From an uncultured Clostridia bacterium (lineage in GTDB: Bacteria; Bacillota; Clostridia; Christensenellales; CAG-138): a stretch of DNA of 64,000 bases. The position numbers and the translations under genes were made by a program. The stretch spans positions 11,519-75,518 of the forward strand of contig CAKTYU010000004.1 of NCBI GenBank assembly GCA_934633985.1, in the 5' to 3' direction. The notes beneath the pieces are model-generated. The model did not search any database and was not told the origin of the DNA. It was given only the letters and a program-made list of their open reading frames with translations. Positions 55,434-64,000 of the stretch are shown here, in pieces; the stretch's first letter is position 1, and the number at the start of each line of letters is the position of its first letter.

Positions 55434-55613
55434 TTAAACTTCTTCGACCTTAACAAGGTGCTTTACCTTAAAGATCATGCCGCGGATACACTCGTTATCC
55501 GGCTTTACGACTACGTTGTTGGTCTTGCGAAGGCCAAGGGCCGCCACGGTAGCCTGCTGGTCCTTGAGGGCGCCTATGGTGCTCTTTACGAGCGTTATCT
55601 TTAAATTAGCCAT
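55434..55613 (-). CDS. rpmD: 50S ribosomal protein L30
   Basis: [11 protein letters not shown] start. AGGAGG lies 6 nt upstream of ATG 55613. Confidence 0.93.
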   Translation of the reverse strand: MANLKITLVKSTIGALKDQQATVAALGLRKTNNVVVKPDNECIRGMIFKVKHLVKVEEV

Positions 55614-55626
55614 TTGCAACCTCCTA

Positions 55627-56130
55627 TTAGCCCAAGATCTCTTCTACGGTCTTGCCGCGCAGCTTTGCGATCTCCTCAACGGTGCGGAGCTGGGTCAGGC
55701 CGTCTATGGTGGCCTTTACGCAGTTGGCGGGGTTGTTGGAGCCGTAGCTCTTGGTGCGGATATCCTTGATACCTACCATTTCCAGAACCGCACGGGCGGG
55801 GCCGCCGGCGATAACGCCGGTACCTTCTTCGGCGGGGAGCATACGGACATGGCCCTTGCCGAACTTGCCTTCTACCGCATGGGGGATGCTGGTGCCGACG
55901 ATGGGCACCTCGATGAGGTGGCGCTTAGCGTCCTCTATGCCCTTGCGGACGGCCTCGGGTATCTCCACCGCCTTGCCGGTGCCTACGCCAACGTGACCAT
56001 TGCCGTCGCCTACAACTACCAGGGCTGCAAAGCGCATGTTGCGTCCGCCCTTAACGGTCTTTGCTACGCGGTTGATGGATACAAGCCTATCCTGCAGTTC
56101 CATTGTGGATGCATCTATACGTTTCTGCAT
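55627..56130 (-). CDS. rpsE: 30S ribosomal protein S5
   Basis: Conserved sequence and spc operon order. Confidence 0.96.
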   Translation of the reverse strand: MQKRIDASTMELQDRLVSINRVAKTVKGGRNMRFAALVVVGDGNGHVGVGTGKAVEIPEAVRKGIEDAKRHLIEVPIVGTSIPHAVEGKFGKGHVRMLPAEEGTGVIAGGPARAVLEMVGIKDIRTKSYGSNNPANCVKATIDGLTQLRTVEEIAKLRGKTVEEILG

Positions 56131-56142
56131 ATTTGTACCTCC

Positions 56143-56511
56143 TTAGAATTCCAGTCCGGCTTTGCGGGCGCCTTCGGCGACCTGTGCTACACGGCCAGTG
56201 TAAAGGTATCCGCCGCGGTCAAACACGACTTCCTTTACGCCCTTTTCCAGAGCGCGGCGGCCTGCGACTTCACCGACGATGTTGGCGGCTTCCTTCTTGT
56301 TCTTACCGGCCAGCTGAGCCTTTACTTCGGCGTCCAGGGTGGAAGCGGAAGCGATAGTGTTGCCGGCTACGTCATCAATTATCTGCACGTAAATGTTGTT
56401 GACGCTGCGATAGACGTTGAGCCTGGGCCTCTCCTGAGTGCCGGAAATATAGCGGCGGGTACGGAAATGGCGGGCCTTACGCACAGAGTTCTTATCGATC
56501 TTAGAAATCAT
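56143..56511 (-). CDS. rplR: 50S ribosomal protein L18
   Basis: Conserved sequence and spc operon order. Confidence 0.96.
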   Translation of the reverse strand: MISKIDKNSVRKARHFRTRRYISGTQERPRLNVYRSVNNIYVQIIDDVAGNTIASASTLDAEVKAQLAGKNKKEAANIVGEVAGRRALEKGVKEVVFDRGGYLYTGRVAQVAEGARKAGLEF

Positions 56512-56534
56512 GATTTATTCTCCTTCTCTATGCA

Positions 56535-57074
56535 TTACTTACCGGTCTTGCCTTCCTTGCGGCGGACATACTCACCCTCGTAACGCACACCCTTGCCCTT
56601 ATAAGGCTCAGGCTCGCGGGTTGCGCGGATATCCGCAGCTATCTGACCGACCTGCTGCTTGCTAATGCCGTTTACGACTACCTTGTTGGGGGTAGGAACG
56701 TCAAAGGTGATGCCCTTGGGCTCCTCGAACTCCACGGGGTGGGAATATCCCAGGTTGAGCACCAGCTTGTTGCCCTGCTTCTGGGCGCGGTAGCCGACGC
56801 CGACTATCTCAAGAGCCTTGGAATAGCCGCTGGTAACGCCTACGACCATGTTGTTGATAAGGGAACGGGAAAGGCCGTGAAGGGCTCTGTTCTCCTTCAT
56901 GTCATCGGGACGGGTAACGTGCAGAACGCCGTTATCCATGGAAACTTGCATCTTGGGAGAGATCTTCTCGGAAAGCTCGCCCTTGGGGCCCTTTACGACA
57001 ACGGTGTTATCGTCGCCAACCGTGATTGTCACTCCGCCGGGAATGTTGATCGGAAGTTTTCCGATTCGTGACAT
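56535..57074 (-). CDS. rplF: 50S ribosomal protein L6
   Basis: MSRIGKLPI start. Conserved sequence. Confidence 0.96.
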   Translation of the reverse strand: MSRIGKLPINIPGGVTITVGDDNTVVVKGPKGELSEKISPKMQVSMDNGVLHVTRPDDMKENRALHGLSRSLINNMVVGVTSGYSKALEIVGVGYRAQKQGNKLVLNLGYSHPVEFEEPKGITFDVPTPNKVVVNGISKQQVGQIAADIRATREPEPYKGKGVRYEGEYVRRKEGKTGK

Positions 57075-57149
57075 TTGTTACACCTCCAGAATGTTTTTAA
57101 TGAATGTCATATCCTTCCGCGAGGCCGCGGAAGGGCATGGGGTTTGTGA

Positions 57150-57548
57150 TTACCAGATATAGCAGAGGACTTCGCCGCCTACGCCCTGCTTGCGGGCCTC
57201 GCGGTCGGTCATCACGCCGTGGCTGGTGGAGAGGATAGCGATGCCCATTCCGTTAAGTACCTTAGGCACGTTGTCCTTGCGGGCATATACGCGCAGGCCG
57301 GGCTTGGATATCCTCTTGAGGCCGGTGATCACGCGCTGGCGGTTGGGGCCGTACTTAAGCGCGATGTTCATGGTCTTCTTGGGGCCCTCTTCCTTTATTT
57401 CATAGCCCTTGATGTAGCCTTCCTCAAGCAGTATCTCAGCGATAGCCTTCTTGATGGTGGAAGCGGGAACGCTTACCTCGTCGTGCTTGGCGGTGTAGGC
57501 GTTGCGGATACGGGTCAGCATATCAGCGATGGGATCAGTCATAACCAT
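57150..57548 (-). CDS. rpsH: 30S ribosomal protein S8
   Basis: [14 protein letters not shown] motif. Confidence 0.96.
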   Translation of the reverse strand: MVMTDPIADMLTRIRNAYTAKHDEVSVPASTIKKAIAEILLEEGYIKGYEIKEEGPKKTMNIALKYGPNRQRVITGLKRISKPGLRVYARKDNVPKVLNGMGIAILSTSHGVMTDREARKQGVGGEVLCYIW

Positions 57549-57571
57549 TCTAATTTCCTCCTTTCGCCGAG

Positions 57572-57757
57572 TTACCAGCTTGCCTTGCGGACGCCTGGGA
57601 TCTCTCCCTTATAGGCCATCTCGCGGAAGCAGATGCGGCAGATGCCATACTTGCGGAGCACGGAGTGGGGACGGCCGCAGATACGGCAGCGGGTATAGGC
57701 CCTGGTAGAGAACTTGGGTTCACGGGCCTGTTTGATTTTCATGCTTGTCTTTGCCAC
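57572..57757 (-). CDS. rpsN: 30S ribosomal protein S14, type Z (zinc-binding)
   Basis: 61 aa. CRICGRPHS...CRICFRE. Confidence 0.95.
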   Translation of the reverse strand: MAKTSMKIKQAREPKFSTRAYTRCRICGRPHSVLRKYGICRICFREMAYKGEIPGVRKASW

Positions 57758-57775
57758 TGTGTTGTCCTCCTAAAA

Positions 57776-58396
57776 TTAAGCCTGCATGAAGGGCATGCCC
57801 AGGAACTGCAGCAGCGCCCTTGCTTCTTCGTCGGTCTTTGCGGTGGTCACGAATACGATATCCATACCGCGGATCTTATCTACGTCATCATAGTTGATCT
57901 CGGGGAAGATAAGCTGCTCCTTGACGCCCATCGCATAGTTGCCGCGGCCGTCAAAGCTGGTATCGGAGATACCGCGGAAGTCGCGCACGCGGGGGAGTAC
58001 GATGTTCATGAGCTTATCAGCGAAGTAGTACATACGGTCGCCGCGGAGAGTGACCTTAGCGCCTACGTTCTGGCCCTCACGTACCTTGAAGTTCGCAACG
58101 GACTTCTTGGCCTTGGTGATGATGGGCTTCTGGCCGGCGATGAGAGTCATCTCCTCCAGAGCGGATTCGATGCCCTTCGGGTTGTCCTTATCGGAGCCCA
58201 AGCCCATGTTCAGGACTATCTTCTCCAGCTTGGGTATCTGCATGACGTTGGTGTAGCCGAACTTCTCCTTCATCTGGGGAGCTACTTCCTCGTTGTACTT
58301 TACGCGGAGGCGGGCAGCCTCGGTAAAGGGGCGGGCTTCCTCAACGGCCTTTTTCTTCTTGGCGGGTGCCTGAGCGGCGGATTCTTTCTTTGCCAT
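57776..58396 (-). CDS. rplE: 50S ribosomal protein L5 with ~27-aa basic N-terminal extension
   Basis: Core begins at [20 protein letters not shown] lies 8 nt upstream of ATG 58396. Confidence 0.93.
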   Translation of the reverse strand: MAKKESAAQAPAKKKKAVEEARPFTEAARLRVKYNEEVAPQMKEKFGYTNVMQIPKLEKIVLNMGLGSDKDNPKGIESALEEMTLIAGQKPIITKAKKSVANFKVREGQNVGAKVTLRGDRMYYFADKLMNIVLPRVRDFRGISDTSFDGRGNYAMGVKEQLIFPEINYDDVDKIRGMDIVFVTTAKTDEEARALLQFLGMPFMQA

Positions 58397-58413
58397 TCTC
58401 TTTTCCTCCTGCC

Positions 58414-58731
58414 TTAGTCAATGTTCTTGCCGCACTTCTTGCAGACGCGAACCTTCTTGTCGCCCTCGTAAGCGTGGCCTACGCGGGTAGCCTTGCCGCA
58501 CTTGGGGCATACCAGCATCACGTTGGACTCGTGGATGCTGCCCTCCTTGGAGATGCGGCCGCCCTCTTCGCCCTGCTTGCGGGGCTTTACGTGGGCAGTT
58601 ATCATATTTACGTTCTGTACGAACACGCGCTGGTCCTCGGGCATGGCGGCCAGTATCTTGCCCTGCTTGCCCTTGTCCTTGCCGGAGATGACCACTACGG
58701 TATCGCCCTTCTTGACGTTAAGCTTATTCAT
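58414..58731 (-). CDS. rplX: 50S ribosomal protein L24 (CxxC...CxxC form)
   Basis: KOW motif [15 protein letters not shown]-terminal CPKCG...CKKCG. Confidence 0.95.
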   Translation of the reverse strand: MNKLNVKKGDTVVVISGKDKGKQGKILAAMPEDQRVFVQNVNMITAHVKPRKQGEEGGRISKEGSIHESNVMLVCPKCGKATRVGHAYEGDKKVRVCKKCGKNID

Positions 58732-58748
58732 TCTTCAGTCCTCCACGA

Positions 58749-59117
58749 TTAGAGTACTTCGGGTGCGAGGGAAACTATCTTCATGTAGTTCTTCTCGCGC
58801 AGTTCCCTGGCAACGGGCCCGAAGATACGGGTACCCTTGGGGTCCTTATCGTCCTTGATGATAACCGCTGCGTTATCGTCAAAGCGGATATGGGTGCCGT
58901 CAGGACGGTGTACGCCGGATACGGTGCGCACTACCACTGCCTTGACGACGTCCTTCTTCTTTACGGCGCCGCCGGGGGTAGCGGACTTGACGGAGGCCAC
59001 GATCACATCGCCTATGTTGGCGTTCTTGACCTTGGAGCCACCCAGAACGCGGATGCACATTATTTCCTTTGCGCCGCTGTTGTCTGCGACTTTAAGTCTG
59101 GTTTGAGGCTGTATCAT
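58749..59117 (-). CDS. rplN: 50S ribosomal protein L14
   Basis: [17 protein letters not shown]. Confidence 0.97.
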   Translation of the reverse strand: MIQPQTRLKVADNSGAKEIMCIRVLGGSKVKNANIGDVIVASVKSATPGGAVKKKDVVKAVVVRTVSGVHRPDGTHIRFDDNAAVIIKDDKDPKGTRIFGPVARELREKNYMKIVSLAPEVL

Positions 59118-59135
59118 TGTCTGCTCCTTTCCGGC

Positions 59136-59396
59136 TTACTTGGCCTTTTCTATGATCTCGACTACGCGCCAGCGCTTATCCTTGCTGATGGGGCGGGTCT
59201 CCATGATCTTTACGGTGTCACCTACGCCGCAGGCGTTCTCCTCGTCATGAGCCTTGAACTTGCGGGTGCGGTTTACCATCTTGCCATACAGGGGATGGCG
59301 AACCTTGGTCTTTATGGCCACGGTAACGGTCTTGTCCATCTTATCGCTGGTCACGATGCCGGTGCGGGTCTTGCGATAACCTCTGATGATTTCCAC
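59136..59396 (-). CDS. rpsQ: 30S ribosomal protein S17
   Basis: Conserved sequence and operon order. Confidence 0.95.
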   Translation of the reverse strand: MEIIRGYRKTRTGIVTSDKMDKTVTVAIKTKVRHPLYGKMVNRTRKFKAHDEENACGVGDTVKIMETRPISKDKRWRVVEIIEKAK

Positions 59397-59417
59397 GATG
59401 ATATCCTCCTTTCACCC

Positions 59418-59618
59418 TTACTCGGCTGCCTTGAGCTGACGCTCGCAGAGGAGAGTCTTGATCCTGGCAACGTCCTTCTTGCACTCGCGTACCCTCTGGG
59501 GGTTGGTCAGCGAGCCGGTAGCCATCTGGAAGCGGAGGTTGAACAGCTCTTCCTTGAGGGCCTTTTCCTTGGCGGTGAGCTCTTCGGTGGAAAGTTTTCT
59601 GAGTTCATTAGCCTTCAT
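59418..59618 (-). CDS. rpmC: 50S ribosomal protein L29
   Basis: Conserved sequence and operon order. Confidence 0.95.
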   Translation of the reverse strand: MKANELRKLSTEELTAKEKALKEELFNLRFQMATGSLTNPQRVRECKKDVARIKTLLCERQLKAAE

Positions 59619-60042
59619 TGCTCTCGCCTCCTGTTACTTCTTTCTTTGCTATCTTGCACTTTATGGGGAGCTTGTGCATTGCAAGACGAAGGGCCTCGTG
59701 GGCGATCTCTTCGCTTACGCCGGCTATTTCGAACATTACGCGGCCGGGCTTTACAACTGCTACCCAATATTCGGGAGCGCCTTTACCGGAGCCCATACGG
59801 GTCTCGGCGGGCTTCTTGGTTACGGGCTTGTCGGGGAATATCTTTATCCAGACCTGACCGCCGCGCTTGATGTAACGGGTCATAGCCACACGGGCTGCCT
59901 CTATCTGGTTGCTGGTGATCCATGCGGGCTCCATTGCAACGAGGCCATATTCGCCGTAGGTGATCACGTTTCCGCAATGGGCAGCGCCCTTCATGCGGCC
60001 GCGGTGTACTCTCCTGCGCTTTACTCTCTTAGGCATCAACAT
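59608..60042 (-). CDS. rplP: 50S ribosomal protein L16
   Basis: [17 protein letters not shown]. Confidence 0.97.
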   Translation of the reverse strand: MLMPKRVKRRRVHRGRMKGAAHCGNVITYGEYGLVAMEPAWITSNQIEAARVAMTRYIKRGGQVWIKIFPDKPVTKKPAETRMGSGKGAPEYWVAVVKPGRVMFEIAGVSEEIAHEALRLAMHKLPIKCKIAKKEVTGGESNEG

Positions 60043-60056
60043 AGTAATCTGCCTCC

Positions 60057-60701
60057 TTACGCTTTCTTCTGCTTGTTGAGCACTTCGCCCTTATAGATCC
60101 AAACCTTTACGCCTATACGGCCGTAGGTGGTGTGTGCCTCGGCAAAGCCGTATTCGATGTCGGCACGCATGGTCTGAAGGGGAATGGAACCATCGTGGTA
60201 GCCTTCGCTGCGGGCTATCTCGGCGCCTCCGAGGCGGCCTGCACACAGCAGCTTGATACCCTTTGCGTTTGCCTTCATGGCGCGCTGCATAGCCTGCTTC
60301 ATCGCACGGCGGAAGCTGATGCGCTTCTCCAGCTGCTGGGCGATGTTCTCGGCAACGAGCTGAGCGTTAGCGTCAGGGTTGCGGACCTCCATGATGTTTA
60401 CGTTTACGGGCTTGCCGATCAGTGCGGATACATCCGCCTTGATAGCGTCCACGCCTACGCCGCCCTTGCCGATGAGCATACCGGGACGGGCAGTGTAAAT
60501 GCTTACAGTGACTTTGTTTGCCGCGCGCTCGATGTCGATCTTAGCAACGCCTGCGGCATAGTGGACCTTCTTGAGATGGTCCCTGATCTTCTTATCCTCG
60601 ACGAGGTAATCGGAGAAATCCTTCTTGGACGCATACCAGCGGGTATTCCAGTCCTTGATTACGCCAACGCGGAAGCCGTTTGGATTAACTTTCTGTCCCA
60701 T
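60057..60701 (-). CDS. rpsC: 30S ribosomal protein S3
   Basis: [13 protein letters not shown]. Confidence 0.97.
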   Translation of the reverse strand: MGQKVNPNGFRVGVIKDWNTRWYASKKDFSDYLVEDKKIRDHLKKVHYAAGVAKIDIERAANKVTVSIYTARPGMLIGKGGVGVDAIKADVSALIGKPVNVNIMEVRNPDANAQLVAENIAQQLEKRISFRRAMKQAMQRAMKANAKGIKLLCAGRLGGAEIARSEGYHDGSIPLQTMRADIEYGFAEAHTTYGRIGVKVWIYKGEVLNKQKKA

Positions 60702-60711
60702 GATTTACCTC

Positions 60712-61098
60712 CTACTTCATCTGGTCCAGGATTATGGTGATGTGGCTGGTGCGCTTGCGGATGCGAGTCGCCCTGCCCTGCGCCCTGGGCCTGAAGCGCT
60801 TCAGGGTAGGTCCCTGATTTGCGAATACTTCCGCCACATAAAGGTTGTCGGCGGAAAGGCCGAGGTTGTTCTCCGCATTTGCTACGGCGGAGTTCAGGAG
60901 CTTCAGCACGGGCTCGGATGCGGCCTTGGGGGTGTACATCAGAATGCCCTTTGCTTCGTTTACGCTCTTACCGCGGATCAGGTCGATAACGGCCTTGACC
61001 TTGCGGGAGGAGATTCTTACATAGCGGGCTATTGCATGGGGACGCTTATCGGCGTTTGCCTTGCGGGCCGCGCTCTTTTCTCTTGACCTGGTTGCCAT
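60712..61098 (-). CDS. rplV: 50S ribosomal protein L22
   Basis: Conserved core with a basic N-terminal tail. Confidence 0.94.
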   Translation of the reverse strand: MATRSREKSAARKANADKRPHAIARYVRISSRKVKAVIDLIRGKSVNEAKGILMYTPKAASEPVLKLLNSAVANAENNLGLSADNLYVAEVFANQGPTLKRFRPRAQGRATRIRKRTSHITIILDQMK

Positions 61099-61115
61099 TC
61101 TACGCTTCCTCCTTA

Positions 61116-61397
61116 TTATTTTCCGCCGGTGGACTTCTCGGAGCCCCTGTGTCCGCGGAAGGTGCGGGTGGGTGCGAACTCACCCAGCTTGTGACCGACC
61201 ATTTCTTCGGTTACATATACGGGAACGTGCTTCCTGCCATCATGGACGGCGATAGTGTGACCTACGAAGTCCGGGAAGATGGTAGATGCGCGGGACCATG
61301 TCTTGACGACGGATTTCTTGCCGCTTTCGTTCATAGCCTGTACACGGTTGAACAGACGCTCTTCAACGTAAGGGCCTTTCTTTACTGACCTGCTCAT
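61116..61397 (-). CDS. rpsS: 30S ribosomal protein S19
   Basis: [11 protein letters not shown]. Confidence 0.97.
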   Translation of the reverse strand: MSRSVKKGPYVEERLFNRVQAMNESGKKSVVKTWSRASTIFPDFVGHTIAVHDGRKHVPVYVTEEMVGHKLGEFAPTRTFRGHRGSEKSTGGK

Positions 61398-61415
61398 ACT
61401 TATCTCCTTTCGCTA

Positions 61416-62249
61416 CTATTTGCCGTTTCTGCGGCGTACGATGAACTTATCGTTGACGTTCTTGGTCTTGCGGGTCTTATAACCAAGAGCGGGCTTGCCC
61501 CAAGGGGTCACAGGACCGGGACGGCCCACAGGGGACTTGCCTTCGCCACCGCCGTGGGGATGGTCGCAGGGGTTCATTACGGAACCGCGGACTGTGGGAC
61601 GGAAGCCCATGTGACGGGTGCGGCCGGCCTTGCCCAGCATGATGTTGGCATGGTCGATGTTGCCTACCTGACCGATAGTAGCCTTGGCGTTCATGGGGAC
61701 CAGGCGGACCTCGCCGCTGGGAAGACGTACCTGAGCGTACTTGCCTTCCTTTGCCATGAGCTGGGCGGCGTTGCCGGCGGAGCGGACGAGCTGCGCGCCC
61801 TTGCCGGGCTTGATCTCGATGCAGTGGATCATGGTGCCGACGGGGATGTTCTTTATCTCGAGGGCGTTGCCGATCTTGATATCGGCGTTCTCGCCGGAAA
61901 CGACGGTGTCGCCTACGTTCAGGCCCAAGGGGGCGATGATGTAGCGCTTCTCGCCGTCTGCGTAATGCAGCAGGGCGATGTTGGCGGAGCGGTTGGGGTC
62001 GTACTCGATGGTAGCTACCTTTGCGGGTACGCCGTCCTTATTGCGCTTGAAGTCGATGATGCGGTACTTGCGCTTTGCGCCGCCGCCGCGATGGCGAACG
62101 GTGATGCGGCCATGGTTGTTGCGGCCGCCGCTGGACTTCAGATCCTCGAGCAGGGACCTTTCCGGAGTGTTGCAGGTGATCTCCTCGTAGGTGGAGACCG
62201 TCATGCCGCGCTGGCCGGGGGTCGTGGGTTTAATCTTCCTTATAGCCAT
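61416..62249 (-). CDS. rplB: 50S ribosomal protein L2
   Basis: [15 protein letters not shown]. Confidence 0.97.
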   Translation of the reverse strand: MAIRKIKPTTPGQRGMTVSTYEEITCNTPERSLLEDLKSSGGRNNHGRITVRHRGGGAKRKYRIIDFKRNKDGVPAKVATIEYDPNRSANIALLHYADGEKRYIIAPLGLNVGDTVVSGENADIKIGNALEIKNIPVGTMIHCIEIKPGKGAQLVRSAGNAAQLMAKEGKYAQVRLPSGEVRLVPMNAKATIGQVGNIDHANIMLGKAGRTRHMGFRPTVRGSVMNPCDHPHGGGEGKSPVGRPGPVTPWGKPALGYKTRKTKNVNDKFIVRRRNGK

Positions 62250-62261
62250 TGGTGTTCCTCC

Positions 62262-62558
62262 TTACTGGGCGATGCTGTCGAAGAACTCGATTCCCTTGGA
62301 ATCCTTCTTCAGCTTCACGTAAGCCTTCTTGGTGGCGGGGCGGCGGCCCTGGTGCATACCCTGCCTCTTCATCTTGCCGAGGCTGTTGACGGTGTTGACG
62401 CTCTCGACCTGTACGCCGAATATCTCCTCGATAGCGGCCTTTACCTCGGTCTTAGTGGCCCTCTTGTCAACGATGAAGGCGTAGGTCTTGTTTGCCATGT
62501 TGTCGTAGCTCTTCTCGGTGAGTACGGGCTTGATGATGATGTCGTGTGCGAACTTCAT
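62262..62558 (-). CDS. rplW: 50S ribosomal protein L23
   Basis: Conserved sequence and operon order. Confidence 0.95.
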   Translation of the reverse strand: MKFAHDIIIKPVLTEKSYDNMANKTYAFIVDKRATKTEVKAAIEEIFGVQVESVNTVNSLGKMKRQGMHQGRRPATKKAYVKLKKDSKGIEFFDSIAQ

Positions 62559-63178
62559 TATACGTACACCTCCTCGATTTTGGCTACCGCATTTTTGGTA
62601 AGGATGAGGGTCTTGTGCTTGAGTATCTCGTAGACGTTGAGGGTGCCTACCAGGGTGGTCTTTACGTTGGGGATGTTGCTGGCGGCGCGCTCTACTATCT
62701 CGTCCTTCTCGGGCAGTACTACCAGGGCGTTATCGACCTTGATGTTTGCCAGCACCTTGACCATCTCCTTGGTCTTGGGGGCCGCGATGTCAAGGGCGTC
62801 GAAAACGACGATGGCGTTGTCGTTCACCTTGCTGGAAAGGGCGCTCTTCATGGCGACGCGCTTTACCTTCTTGTTTACGCTCACGCGGTAATCGCGGGGC
62901 TTGGGGGCGAATACGATGCCGCCGTGGGTCCACTGGGGGGAGCGGGTAGAGCCCTGACGGGCGCGGCCGGTGCCCTTCTGTCTCCAGGGCTTGATGCCGC
63001 CGCCGCTGACCTCTGCGCGGGTCAATGCGGACTGGGTGCCCTGGCGCTGGTTTGCCAGGTAAGCGGTTACTACGGTGTGGAGCACTGCTTCGTTTACTTC
63101 GTGGCCGAAGATTTCTTCGCTGAGCTTCACCTTGCCGATCTCTTCGCCGGCAATATTGTACAATGCAACGTTAGGCAT
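62558..63178 (-). CDS. rplD: 50S ribosomal protein L4
   Basis: Conserved sequence ([19 protein letters not shown]). Confidence 0.96.
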   Translation of the reverse strand: MPNVALYNIAGEEIGKVKLSEEIFGHEVNEAVLHTVVTAYLANQRQGTQSALTRAEVSGGGIKPWRQKGTGRARQGSTRSPQWTHGGIVFAPKPRDYRVSVNKKVKRVAMKSALSSKVNDNAIVVFDALDIAAPKTKEMVKVLANIKVDNALVVLPEKDEIVERAASNIPNVKTTLVGTLNVYEILKHKTLILTKNAVAKIEEVYV

Positions 63179-63193
63179 TTAGTGCTTCCTCCT

Positions 63194-63820
63194 TTACTTA
63201 ACGGTCTCGCGGACGGCTACAAGGCTGCCCTTGGCGCCGGGTACAGCGCCCTTGACGAGGAGCAGGTTGCGGTCTGCATCAACGCGCACAACTTCGAGGT
63301 TCTGAACGGTCACGCGCTCGCTGCCCATGTGCCCGGGCAGGTGCTTGGTCTTGAATACCTCGCCGGGATAGGTGCAGGCGCCCATGGAGCCGGGGACGCG
63401 GTAGGAATGTGAACCGTGGGTCTTGCGGCCGCGGCCCTGATTCCAACGCTTGATGTTGCCCTCAAAGCCCTTGCCCTTGCTGGTGGCGGTAACGTCTACA
63501 CGGTCGCCCTTGGCGAAAACGTCAGCCTTTATGACCTGGCCTACTTCATAAGCAGCGGTATCATCGAGCTTGAACTCGCGGGTGTAGCGGTGAGCCTCAA
63601 CGCCGGCCTTCTTGAAGTGGCCCAGCATGGGCTTGGTGCAGAGCTTTTCGCGGATGGGCTTGAAGGCTACCTGAACCGCCTCATAACCGTCGTGCTCAAC
63701 GCTCTTTTTCTGAACTACGGGGCAGGGACCGGCGAGAACTACGGTCACGGGGATCATGGTGCCGTCTTCCCTGAACATCTGGGTCATGCCCAGCTTAGTG
63801 CCCAAAATAGCTTTCTTCAT
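63194..63820 (-). CDS. rplC: 50S ribosomal protein L3
   Basis: [14 protein letters not shown]. Confidence 0.97.
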   Translation of the reverse strand: MKKAILGTKLGMTQMFREDGTMIPVTVVLAGPCPVVQKKSVEHDGYEAVQVAFKPIREKLCTKPMLGHFKKAGVEAHRYTREFKLDDTAAYEVGQVIKADVFAKGDRVDVTATSKGKGFEGNIKRWNQGRGRKTHGSHSYRVPGSMGACTYPGEVFKTKHLPGHMGSERVTVQNLEVVRVDADRNLLLVKGAVPGAKGSLVAVRETVK

Positions 63821-63840
63821 CTTTCTTACACCTCCGTGGA

Positions 63841-64000
63841 TTAGAGCTTGATCTCGATGTCCACACCGGCGGGAAGATCGAGCTTCATCAGCGCGTCCAC
63901 AGTTTTGGCGGAGGGCTGAAGTATGTCGATCAGGCGCTTGTGGGTTCTCATCTCGAACTGCTCGCGGCTGTCCTTATACTTGTGGGGAGAACGGAGAATG
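63841..64000 (-). CDS. rpsJ: 30S ribosomal protein S10, C-terminal part (runs off the window)
   Basis: Own translation of the minus strand: ...[52 protein letters not shown]-stop. Confidence 0.92.
   Translation of the reverse strand, partial: ILRSPHKYKDSREQFEMRTHKRLIDILQPSAKTVDALMKLDLPAGVDIEIKL

Noticed and set aside
1-64000. Scan for CRISPR arrays, IS/transposase, integrase, phage or toxin-antitoxin genes and rRNA.
   Set aside because: No regularly spaced direct repeats, no transposase, integrase or recombinase-like ORFs, and no rRNA-like sequence were seen. The window appears to be core chromosome.

Overview
GC-rich Firmicutes/Clostridia-type chromosomal segment, probably Oscillospiraceae/Ruminococcaceae-like; the taxon cannot be fixed from sequence alone. 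It is gene-dense, mostly on the minus strand. The right third (48.1-64.0 kb) is the canonical S10-spc-alpha ribosomal protein cluster, running rpsJ (partial) through rplQ and including secY, adk, map, infA, rpmJ and rpoA. It is followed by ecfA1-ecfA2-ecfT-truA. The rest is housekeeping and metabolic: valS with a T-box leader, a thrC / apgM-like / ACT operon, feoAB, pepF, a BMP-family nucleoside ABC transporter, deoD, rmuC, mntP, an orphan msmX-like ATPase and one tRNA-Glu(CUC). I saw no IS elements, prophage genes, CRISPR arrays or rRNA. The most interesting locus is 5.8-8.4 kb. A TlpA/ResA-type extracytoplasmic thioredoxin-fold gene is split in the ORF track by one in-frame TGA, which sits exactly at the first Cys of the WCxxC redox motif and is followed by a SECIS-like hairpin, so it is a probable selenoprotein. 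It is co-transcribed with an ORF-track-missed 46-aa CXXC membrane peptide, a NapH-like polyferredoxin membrane protein and a GNAT, from a consensus promoter placed to give a leaderless mRNA. The second notable locus (26.9-30.4 kb) has two paralogous double-cubane/HgdB-like reductase subunits flanking a DUF3343 (Se/S-carrier-like) gene, plus an HgdC-type ATPase activator. Other items: an orphan radical SAM gene, a 277-bp element bounded by 27-bp inverted repeats next to the valS T-box, a 528-bp structured spacer with its own promoter between rpmJ and rpsM, and several operator-like repeats. All functional calls come from motif recognition by eye; no database search was run.
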